From contig NC_042998.1 in the NCBI RefSeq assembly GCF_006345805.1, positions 12,896,001 to 12,960,000 on the forward strand: 64,000 bases of DNA, in the 5' to 3' direction. The stretch comes from Octopus sinensis. Its lineage: Eukaryota. A program made the position numbers and the translations under genes. The notes beneath the pieces were generated by a model. That model had not been told where the DNA came from and did not search any database. It saw nothing but the letters and a program-made list of their open reading frames with translations. Below, one piece after another: positions 53,793 to 64,000 of this stretch (the first letter of the stretch is position 1; each line of letters starts with the position of its first letter).

Positions 53793-54744
53793 AAGAGGGA
53801 GAGGGAAAGAGAAACAGAAAAGGAGTAAAAATATTACGAATAGGAGAACGGAAGTGTGAACGCTGTTATTCCTTTAATTCTTCGGGATATTGCTAAATTT
53901 TTGCTACACGTACAGAGACTTTTAAGCAAATACTAGCCTGTGATGATTAGATATTACTGCTGCTGGCAATTCATTATTTTCTTCACGGTTTAATAGAACA
54001 TGTTATTCAAGTTAATAAATTGAATATGAATTGTTATTAAGTGATATGATGCTTTAATGTACGAGGAACGCGTGGCAAATGGTATCGATTTCTCTATCAT
54101 CAATTCACATTTATGTAAAGTCAACCAAATCAGCATGCATATTTTATAAAGTCTCATTATCCTCCGTTTCCAAATTGCTACCTGCTTTCCTTTGTTAGGC
54201 AGAGCAAATAATACTACGCAGATAGTATTTGCATTTGGTGAAGAATGGCATATGTTCCTATATTTAATATGCATATTCATTTGTCTAAATCACTTTCATT
54301 TATTTATTACTCTCGATGAAAACTGTACATTACAGGTAAAATGCCGGTCCTTGTATTTCATTTGCGGTAATGAAGTTTCTAAAGGTTCTAAATGCCATGC
54401 AAACCTATGAATTTTTATACACCTATGAAATCAATAAATGGAAGTGGCTTTTACTTTGCCCATAGCCTTTTCGGTATAGATACATTAAATTGTTACTACT
54501 ATTGTGTTTGAACATTCTAAGATAAACATTGAACTTTCAATGATAAACATTTGTATGTTTAGACATTTCTTGAAATAACATTCTGAAAATTTGCAGCATA
54601 GATACGTGACAGTGCTTCATCGATATGCAGCTAAATTATATTGATTTTCCCCTTTTCAATTGTCTCGTGATTGATTATTTTGGTGGTCCTTACCATCACC
54701 CTCCCATCGCTGCTCAAATATGTGCTGCGTTCGGTGTTTCACAT

Positions 54745-55054
54745 TTTTTATTTATGCGCCCTTTTCAAGCCTAGCCAGGCTGATGGGCCAAGTTTCCCGG
54801 TTTATATGGCGTATTTGTTCCCCCCGCCAAGCTGGACGGGACGCCAGTCCATCGCAGCGTTACTCAAGAAACAGGAAGTAAAAGTGAGAGAAAGTTGGGA
54901 CGAAAGAGTACAACAGCGGTCGCCACCACCCCCCTGCCTCGTGAAGCTTTAGGCGTTTTCGCTCAATAAACACACAACACCCGCTCTGGGAATCGAAACC
55001 GCGATCTTCCGACCGCGAGTTCGCTGCTGTAACCACTGGGCCATTGGGCCTCCA
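54745..55054 (-). mobile_element. tRNA-derived SINE, family 3, with a V-domain-like motif
   Basis: Head TGGCCCAGTGGTTA...GGTTTCGATTCCC; body contains CTGCGATGGACTGGCGTCCCGTCCAG (plus-strand 54832-54857), the motif known from V-SINEs. Confidence 0.85.
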
Positions 55055-55687
55055 TGTGTTTCATATGTTCTCTCTTATTTTTAACTTCTTTGACTTTTAG
55101 TGCTGGTACGACTAACTTTGCCATTTTCTAGTGCTAGCGACACGCTGGCACGCACTTCTTTCTGTACTCTTTCATTCCTTTTAGAAGTAATGCGCATACA
55201 CATCATGTTTCGTACTAACAAATAATTTCTCCTGTTTTCGACAATATTGATTCAGTAAAAATTCACTTATAATACTTTTCCAAGCCCACATAATAAAACA
55301 CAACAGTTGTGTCGATTTCAAATATCGTGGGAAGATAGCCTTCCACAGGACCGAATCAACGAATGTTCTAATTTTACTCCATCAAAATGTGAAACGTGAA
55401 GGGAATATCATAAATATCTTCTGTATCGTATAATTCATCCCTGTAATAATGTCACACATGAATTGACTGCTAGATGTGATATTATTTCAATTGTCCAACT
55501 ATTTAAACCCTTATGATACAAAGACCTTTCAAAACTTATTCGCAAGACATTTGTGGTGAGTGCGCTAGCGAAAGCTGTCTATAAACAGATACGCTCACTT
55601 ATACAGGAACAGATCAACATATGTACGTATAAGTTGCCATCTATATACGCGCTCGCGCGCACACACACATATACACTTTACTCTCTC

Positions 55688-56110
55688 TTTATTCTTTTAC
55701 TTATTTCAGTCATTTGACTGTGGCCATGCTGGAGCACCTCGTTTAGTCGAGCAAATCGACCCCAGGACTTATTCTTTGTATGCCTAGTACTTATTCTATC
55801 GGTCTCTTTTGCCGAACCGCTAAGCTACGGAGACGTAAACACACCAGCATTGGTTGTCAAGCGATGGTGGGAGGACAAACACACACACACACACACACAC
55901 ACCACACACACACATATATATATATATATATACATATGCATATATACGACGGGCTTTTTGCAGTTTCCATCTACCAAATCCACTGACAAGGCTTTGGTCG
56001 GTCCGAGGCTATAGTAGAATACACTCGCTCAAGGTGCCACGCAGTGGCACTGAACCCGGAACCATGTGGTTGGCAAAATATCTACTTAGCACACAGCCAC
56101 TCCTGCGCCT
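55688..56110 (-). mobile_element. SINE family 1, full-length
   Basis: Reverse complement of the 48116 type, with internal (CA)n(TA)n. Confidence 0.92.
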
Positions 56111-56414
56111 ATATATACGCCTACGCATACACCAATACGAAGCTCTGTGTATCTACAAACACGCACACACATGTATATATATATATACACGGTTCACGTT
56201 TATAAACTGAATAGAAAACCTCTATGAAGTAATAATTCGTAACAGAATTATTGTAGGGCAAATTTGCCCGGAATGAGAATGAAAGTTACGGTACATTTTG
56301 CCATAATTGCGGCTTCATATGAGCTGAAGTAAAATATACGCCATAAGCATTCGGCGAAGAATATACAAGCAATATCGAGTAAGGCTTCAGTGATTGATTT
56401 ATTAAGGTAATGAT

Positions 56415-56560
56415 GTGCGTAGGCACGGGGATTAGTGGCAAGGGTGTTGCACACGATCGGAAAATTATGCTTTCGATTCCTATACGGGCGATGAGTTATT
56501 GTTTTTTGAAAAGCACTTCCATTTCACACTGCTTCAAACCATTCTGCGATGGACTTTAAG
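56415..56560 (+). mobile_element. Degenerate tRNA-SINE head
   Basis: GATTAGTGGCAAGGGTGTTG...GCTTTCGATTCC...GAAAAGCACTT; A/B-box-like spacing. Confidence 0.45.
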
Positions 56561-56666
56561 CGGAATATTTGCTGTGCGGAATCTGGGAAGAATCTTTAAA
56601 CACTCTCTTGTGTATTTATGATGGTATGGATGTATGTATGCATATATGTATGTATTTATGTGTGCG

Positions 56667-56752
<86 letters not shown>

Positions 56753-56896
56753 ATATATATATGAAAGAATGGAGCTGAACGACGAATTATGCCCTAGGCA
56801 CGTAACTTCAACCGTGTTTTTTCTGATGTGAATTTGCTACCCAGGTATCGGTTAATTCGAATGATCCTTAATAAGATAACTTATTCAACTACTCAA

Positions 56897-56928
<32 letters not shown>

Positions 56929-56956
56929 TATATATAATATATATATGCCATGATAG

Positions 56957-56990
<34 letters not shown>

Positions 56991-57014
56991 ATGATAGATC
57001 ATTAGCTCCTACAC

Positions 57015-57185
57015 ACATTTTTTTCTCTCCTTGTTTTTTTTCTGTGTCCCTTTCTGTCGAAGAGCGTAGGCTCGAAACGTAAAAGACTTTTTCTATGTCT
57101 ATTCCTTAGCGCTATACTAATACATTTGTTTGTTTGTACTCCACTAGCCTTCGTCTTTTGTTTATTTTCGTAAACTTTTCCTTTA
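57015..57185 (+). mobile_element. PLE-like terminal repeat, family 2, carrying a hammerhead-like motif at 57049-57086
   Basis: CCTTT-CTGTCGA-A-GAGC-GTAG-GCTC-GAAA-CGTA-AAAGA; both flanks are TA-rich microsatellite. Confidence 0.7.
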
Positions 57186-57269
57186 TGTTTATATATATAT
57201 ATATTTATACATATAGGTGTGTGTGTGCACGTGTGTGTATGTATATCTATTCCATCATTTGTGGCGGGA

Positions 57270-57650
57270 GGGACTAAGATATATACATACAAATCTTGTA
57301 TTCTAAATACACTTTTCTACGGGGAAGAAGCATGGTCTCCAAACTACAGATTTATAAAGAAATTCAAAATCTTTCACATGCACTGTTTACGCAATATCTG
57401 CAACATATAAATAGCAGCATAAGATATCAAAAGCCAAGATTTTAGCAAAATGTGATATCTTCAGTATCGAAGGCATTCTGCTGAGTATTCAGTGCAGATG
57501 GGTCGGACACGCTTGACTGCAAGATAATCGCTTTCCCAAATAACTGTTTTGTACAACCAACAATAAGAAGTGTACAGCAGTAATAGAAAGTTCATACTGA
57601 GGTATAAGGAAATTTTGAAAAAAATCACTAAAATCTGGATGGCGTAAAAT
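57270..57650 (+). mobile_element. Decayed RTE/BovB-like LINE C-terminal fragment
   Basis: TKIYTYKSCILNTLFYGEEAWS...FHMHCLRNICNI*...SIEGIL...RWVGHA...DNRFPK*L...RYKEILK. Confidence 0.85.
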
Positions 57651-57954
57651 GTGTCATGATGCATCTGAACCATTTAACTGAAAGAAAAAGAAAAACGAAA
57701 GAATCATATCCTGCTATCGACAGGCACAGTTGTCCAATACTAAGGAAAATCATTTTCGTCCCTATTGTGACGTAATGGCAAAATCTATACCTAGACTCAA
57801 ATTAAATTCACTCATCCATTGCATATAGATGTGTTAATATTTTGTGTTAATATTTTTTGTAAATCTTTCTTGTTAATACTTTCCTGAAAATACTCATACG
57901 GCGAGATCGATGGAAGTGGTCCTCATAGATATATATATGTGTGTGTATGTATAT

Positions 57955-58005
<51 letters not shown>

Positions 58006-58107
58006 CATATATATATATGTGTGTGTGTATGTGTGTGTGTGTATGTGTGTGTATGTATATATACATACATATATATATATATATATGGTGACCATATATA
58101 TATGTGT

Positions 58108-58360
58108 GTGGAGGAGCAATGGCCCAGTGGTTAGGGCAGCGGACTAGCGTTCATAGGATCGCGGTTTCGATTCCCAGACCGGGCGTTGTGAGTGTTTATT
58201 GAGCGAAAACACCTAAAGGTCCACGAGGCTCCGGCAGGGAGTGGTAGCAATCGTTGCGACGGGGTGGCATCATTTGAAGGCTAAAACAATGCGAAGCGCA
58301 TTGTGACCAGCGATGTGTAGCAACATCCGATAGCCTGGTCGGTCACACGATCACGTGATA
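58108..58360 (+). mobile_element. SINE family 3 head joined to a different 3' body
   Basis: The first ~140 bp match the head of 54745-55054, then the sequence diverges (GTTGCGACGGGGTGGCATCATTTGAAGG...). Confidence 0.85.
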
Positions 58361-58381
58361 CCTATATATATATAAATATAT

Positions 58382-59263
58382 AATCAACTAATAAGGCTGA
58401 GAAAATTAGATACTGATTTAATAGTACATCCATTTAACACCAAGTGGCTTAGTGCATAAAAACCTGGATTACGATGAATTTTATACATAAATATAAGAGA
58501 GTAACCACTATCTGGTCGACTCTAGCACTAAAAATAGATCCGCTAGGTTTCAGCCTCAATGAATTGTTTCCGATGAAAGTTAGCACGACTACTAGCGCAA
58601 ACGAACAGGGCATATAAAAATAACAAAAATGCAGATTAGTTCAGGACAATTGTTTCGCTATTAATAAATTATGTAATTTTACTCACATAACATATCTGTA
58701 GCTCTTCAGCCGAACCCGTCCAGAATACAATTTACTCAACCGCACGCTAGATTTTACCATAACGAAATTCGTTGTAATCCAGGTTTTTATGCACTAAGCC
58801 ACTTGGTGTTAAATGGATGTACTATTAAATTAGTATCCAATTTTCTCACCCTTATTAGTTGATTGTAATTATACTACATTTAATTTTGGATGTAGTATCT
58901 GTTTCCGTGAATTTTGGCGGGCTATGGCAGGGGCACCTGAATTATAACAGCGAATGCAATCGACTGAACCACGTGTGTTTATCGTTATCGTAAAATCTAG
59001 CGTGCGGTTGAGTAAATTGTATTCTGGACGGGTTCGGCTGAAGAGCTACAGATATGTTATGTGAGTAAAATTACATAATTTATTAATAGCGAAACAATTG
59101 CCCTGAACTAATCTGCATTTTTGTTATTTTTATATGCCCTGTTCGTTTGCGCTAGTAGTCGTACTAACTTTCATCGGAAACAATTCTTTGTGGCTGAAAC
59201 CTAGCGGATCTATTTTTAGTGCTAGAGTCGACCACATAGTGGTTACTCCTTTATATTTATATA
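58382..59263. repeat. Interleaved inverted duplication A-B-A'-C-B'
   Basis: A 58382-58480 is the reverse complement of 58766-58864; B 58481-58765 is the reverse complement of 58982-59263; spacer C 58865-58981 is single-copy. Confidence 0.95.
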
Positions 59264-60589
59264 TTTACTATATTTCCAAGCAAAGAAAATTAATCCTCAC
59301 ATATTCTGTATGTTTACTTTTATTGATGAGAAATATCATACTATTATGCAAAGTAAATATAACCAAGCAACAATAGATAGTGTGACATTATATAATTGAG
59401 AATACAATGTAAAGTTGTTTAAAAGAATTCAAGTTATAGATCTTTAGATGAATTCAAAAAGTTATAAATTAAATTTATTGTAGTTACCGTAATAAGTGTT
59501 ACCGTAATAAGTCATGTTTATCGTTATCGAATGACGTAGCTTCAGCACTTACAGTAGAAACTGTAGCTAACCGAAATAAACTTACATTTAAAAGGTGTGT
59601 AAATCGTGAATTAATACATGGTACTTGCAATAAATATACACTCAGGAAAATAGCGCAACCTCACAGTTTTATTATTGGGAAAATCTATGTAAGTGAATAT
59701 TCGTATAAAATATATATCAAAGTGGATTAAGTGTTTTCAAATACAAATCCGTTATTTCTAAATAATTATGGTTATTTCTAAATAATAATAAAAATAATAA
59801 TAAATAATATATTGGCGATATATGTTTCATTGTACCCGATTTTGCTCGTTAATGACACAATATAAAGCAACATATCAATAAAGAATATTATTTCCTTATT
59901 TAGACTCGACAATAAAATGTATAAGCAACCATATCGCTATGTTTTACCCTGTCACTATATACATTACGCATTTTGTAGAAGATAAATAAATATTTTCGGA
60001 TATTACTTTGTATGAGGAGAAACATAAAGTGTAAGAATTTGGATACAAAGTACTTATTTAGTTCTTTCTTTCAAAGATTACCAGGAGAGGTTGTATTGTA
60101 AGTAGCATGCCTACTTCCGGTTACCCAGAATGCAACAGTAGTTGGTCTGGAGTGTTACAGTGAGAAGACGCGTGTTTTGGCTCCGTGAATTGAAAAAACA
60201 GAACAAAAAGAAAAATGGTCAATTAAGGCTCGATCTAGCGAGCAAAAATATTGTGTTCTCGTCACCATAACGGTGAATTGAGAATTTTTGTTGGAAACTT
60301 CTTGGTGTGGCGATTTTTCGCCAAATAATTTGTAAATTCTAGTGGGCGTATCTCGCTAGAAAAAATTGGAATTGACCTAATTGGAGTACTTCAAGACTAA
60401 CCCCGACTATTGGATTACCTGTTGGAGTATTATACAAAGAAATCCATCTGTTCTATTTGTGAGGTTTTCTTTTAATTTTTCCCATCTTCCATTTTTTCGT
60501 CTTTTCTAAATTTTGGTTCATTCTTTTCATTATTTTAATTTCAGTTTCCTTTTCTTCTCTTTTATTTTGTTTAACTTTTACTCGGTTTT

Positions 60590-61175
60590 AATATTTTGGC
60601 GGACTGGGTTTTTTTTTGACATGGCAGAGAAGGAACTTAAAAAGAAAGGAAATTAACCCGCCTAAGCAGTGGTTAAAAGATATGGAGGAGAGGACATTGG
60701 TGGTTAGAACCGAAAAGGGATTATAAAGGAAGAAGGCGGGCAACAATAGGTGCCCGCCGAAGGACCCTAAGGCTTCGGGAGGTGGGGAAAAGACTCCGGA
60801 CAAAGCGGAAGAACTCCGCTCTCCCGACGTCAGGGAGAAAAGAAAGAAAAGAAAGAACGGGTCATTGCAGGTGGGAGATGATGTGCCGTCTGCATGTCCC
60901 GAAGTTGTGCCACCCACGGTGGAAGAAATGACCTCCACCGTTAAACATGATGAATTAATTCTCTTTTTCTACTGGGGTGGGGAGGTGGAAAAATAGTAGA
61001 ACATAAAGAGACAGTAGATATGGACTTCACACGGGATCCCGAATGGCCTCCGCTGATAGTTGTGGAGGTCATAAGGTTTCCCTTGCGGGAAAGGCTTAAA
61101 GGATTTAGGGAGGAGTGTCGCATATGGCCAGGCGGCCTTTACATGACTTGCATGTCCTACATGAGTGAGTAATGG
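60590..61175 (+). pseudogene. Putative decayed ORF1-like region of a retrotransposon
   Basis: GC- and purine-richer frameshifted coding-like stretch from ATGGCAGAGAAGGAA (KEINPPKQWLKDMEERTLVVRTEKG...PDVREKRKKRK...DMDFTRDPEWPPLIVVEV); no diagnostic motif was recognised. Confidence 0.35.
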
Positions 61176-61555
61176 CAAATGGCGGGATACAGGAACTCAA
61201 GCGGCATTGAAGATAATGATGGATATATTGATGGCTATACTGATGAGTAGGAGGTGAAAAAGACTGATTAGAGGGTTTGAAACCTCGTCTTATTGCATTA
61301 TTTTTAGTGGTTTATAACCTCAAATGTGTCATTTAAAGAAAAACATCTTAAGTAAGAGGTTTTAATGCCTCCTTCAGGTTTGAAACCTCATATTAATTTT
61401 TTTTTAAAAAGAAAATATGTATTCGAGAAAAATCCAATCGGTGGGTGTTGGGTTTCGTCTCTCATTTATTCATTTAATTTCATTTTCATTCATTAATCTG
61501 TTTGTCCAACCCGCAAATCTACACATTCTATTCATGACAAATTTAATGAAATAAA

Positions 61556-61586
61556 GTAGCCTGCTTATCAACCACATGGTTCCGGG

Positions 61587-61637
<51 letters not shown>

Positions 61638-61810
61638 CATTGTTTGTCCCCCAACATCGCTTGACAACCGACGCTGATGTGTTTACGTCTCCGTAACTTT
61701 TGCCGGTTCGGCAAAAAGACCGATAGAATAAGTCCTGGGGTCGATTTGCTCGACTAAACGCGGTGCTCCAGCATGGCCGCAGTGAACTGACTGGAACAAG
61801 TAAAAGAGTA
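61556..61810 (+). mobile_element. SINE family 1 with the CORE-like segment deleted
   Basis: ACCACATGGTTCCGGG joins directly to (TA)n(TG)n and then the 3' module. Confidence 0.85.
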
Positions 61811-62009
61811 TCAAACGAATTTTATATTTCAACAAAATGACATGAAGAGTTATTTCCGCTGCTTATCGTTTAAGCATATGTAAACAAAGAGATAAAAAAA
61901 ACACATTTTGATGAGCGACTACAATACCTTGCTTTCTGTTACCTGCACATGTTAATTAGTAACAACAATAGAACTACTTTCTATTCTGGCTATAAGGCTA
62001 AAAATCTTG

Positions 62010-62155
62010 TGGGAGGGGGACTAATCGATGGCATGGACACTATTGCTCATCTGGTAATTATTTCATTGACCCCTAAAGAAAGAGGAAGTTAATCTCGGCA
62101 GAATTTGAACTCGATCCCTGAAACCGGAAGAAATACAGCTAATCACTTTCCTCGT
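62010..62155 (-). mobile_element. Degenerate SINE family 2
   Basis: Reverse complement GAGTTCAAATTCTGCCGAGATTAAC...GGGGTCAATGAAATAATTACCAG...CGATTAGTCCCC. Confidence 0.6.
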
Positions 62156-62187
62156 TGCTCAATTTCAGCTCGATATTATCTCAATAA

Positions 62188-62581
62188 TCTTTATATATGA
62201 AAGTGAAGTTGTGTGTCTGTCTCCTACGATTTAGATTCCTAACTACTCCCACATTTTGCGGTGCAGTTTAACCAAAACCAGGTATCTTATAGTCGTGATT
62301 CATATCGAGCCCTTCTGGGTATTAGCGCGTCTACGATGAGTCTACGATTTTTAAAAAAATTATCATTGTTTTTTCCATTTTAATGCATTTTTTCGCTATT
62401 ATATAAGGGAAGTAACTCTCTAAAAATGTCTACGATGAGTCAACGATTAAAAAAAATTACCATCAGTTCTTTTCCATTTTTCATGCATTTTTTTTTTGCT
62501 ATTTTTTGGCTATAACTCTCTAAAAATGCTTATATAGTTATTTCCCTTACAAACCCGAGGAACGCCGGGCGATACTGCTAG
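62188..62581 (+). mobile_element. Non-autonomous Helitron (394 bp)
   Basis: 5' TC, 3' hairpin CCCG...CGGG followed by CTAG, inserted between A and T with no TSD; internal direct repeat of about 100 bp. Confidence 0.85.
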
Positions 62582-63823
62582 TATATCATAAAGAAGTCAT
62601 AATGTTAATTACTGAGTTTAAACAAACTTGCCGCGATGATGCATTTGAAATTCTAAAAATTAGAATTGACACCCTACGAGTTGGTGATACGAAAATGCGT
62701 CTATTTTTTCCGGAAATAATGAATCCTTCTTTTAATTGTTTTTCCAAATGAGAACTCATTATAAACAATTGCTTTTATCAATTCCTACGTTCGTTTCGCC
62801 ATTGTGATTCTTTGGAATCTGTGTATTGGATGTTTCAAGTGCAACTGGTTGCTTAGCTGGAACGGAATACTTTATTGCATAATGTTACATACATCAGATG
62901 TTACAGAAATCAAATGTCCTACATTCCCTGTGTCTATTATAAGTAGTAGAACTACTACGTGTGTATGTATTTGTGTGTATGTGTGTGTGTGGGATGTCTA
63001 CGTACAGCTAAATATTTTCGCAGATGTATGTATAAATACATATGTTGGCACACACACATACACACACTCACATTTATATATATATATATATATCCGTCTA
63101 TGATATGTGTTGTGTGAGAGACGTATCTAATGGTATGTGCGTTTGTGTAAGAGAATATTAACAAGAAATTCATCGATCGCAATTATTCAAATGGTAAATT
63201 TAAACTCACCCAAAGGTGATAGGTAAAATATTTTGAGTTTAATTATTACATAAGTATAAAAGGATTAATGGCTCAGTAAGAACATTAACTGCAACTTATA
63301 TGAATAGATTGATTATAATGGAATGTAATGGAATATTGCTTTAAGCAACTGTTAAATATACATGTTTACGAATAGATATTATTCCTTCACATTTGTATAT
63401 GTAACATAAGCACATAGAAAATTACAATAATATATTTAGCAGTTCAGAACTTCTAACATTAATATATACGGATTATTTATGTAATACACATGATAAAGTA
63501 GGAATGAGAAACGTACAAAATTTTGAAGAATACATATAAAATAAAACAAAAAGCGAGAGAGATGTAGTTTTGGTGAGGAAATAATTATTCATCCACATCG
63601 AATGCAATACGTAACTTTTGATAGTTATGTAATGCCCAAAGCATTAAAACTCTAATAATAAATAGTTATACAGAATTTGAAAATGATATAATTATTTTCA
63701 TTTTTGAAGAGTGTAGGAGAGAACATTGAAAATGTTTTCGTTATATTGCTACTTCAGCATATAGGGCGCTACATAATAATGGATGACAAACTGGGCTTTA
63801 CATATATTTTCCTACATAAGTAA

Positions 63824-64000
63824 TCATCATCATCATCATTGTTCAACCGTGGTCGAGACAATGGAATTTACCATGCTATGCCAAACTTCACGGTCCACCA
63901 TGGCATTACGGAGGTCCTGTTGCTGGATGCCTGTATCCCTGGAGATTACATCAAGGTAGGAGAGTGTGCGCCCTTTGGTATTGCGAGTAGATGGCTTCCA
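63824..64000 (-). mobile_element. RTE-clade LINE 3' end with (TGA)n tail, running off the window edge
   Basis: WKPSTRNTKGRTLSYLDVISRDTGIQQQDLRNAMVDREVWHSMVNSIVSTTVEQ*; same family as 8167-8605. Confidence 0.9.

Overview
AT-rich, microsatellite-dense eukaryotic DNA. The SINE and LINE families look like those of a coleoid cephalopod, most likely Octopus; this is inferred from pattern recognition, not from a search. No host protein-coding gene can be called with confidence. Nearly every ORF in the supplied track is a translation of (TA)n, (TG)n, (TATC)n or trinucleotide repeats, or a piece of a decayed transposon. The window is a mosaic of mobile elements: CR1-like, RTE-like and RLE-type LINE fragments; Penelope-like element (PLE) pieces (GIY-YIG remnants and terminal repeats); five Tc1/mariner-superfamily elements; two Helitron pieces; and at least three tRNA-derived SINE families. 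The most notable observations are: (1) minimal type I hammerhead-ribozyme motifs in three distinct PLE-like terminal-repeat families, including a tandem pair that could dimerise and a shared non-canonical CUGUNGA core; (2) an inverted duplication at 58.4-59.3 kb that is circularly permuted relative to its template; (3) near-perfect foldback palindromes; (4) tandem duplications whose breakpoints lie in (TA)n tracts; (5) a speculative set of plus-strand exons that splice in frame into a small Cys-containing protein with a hydrophobic C-terminus.
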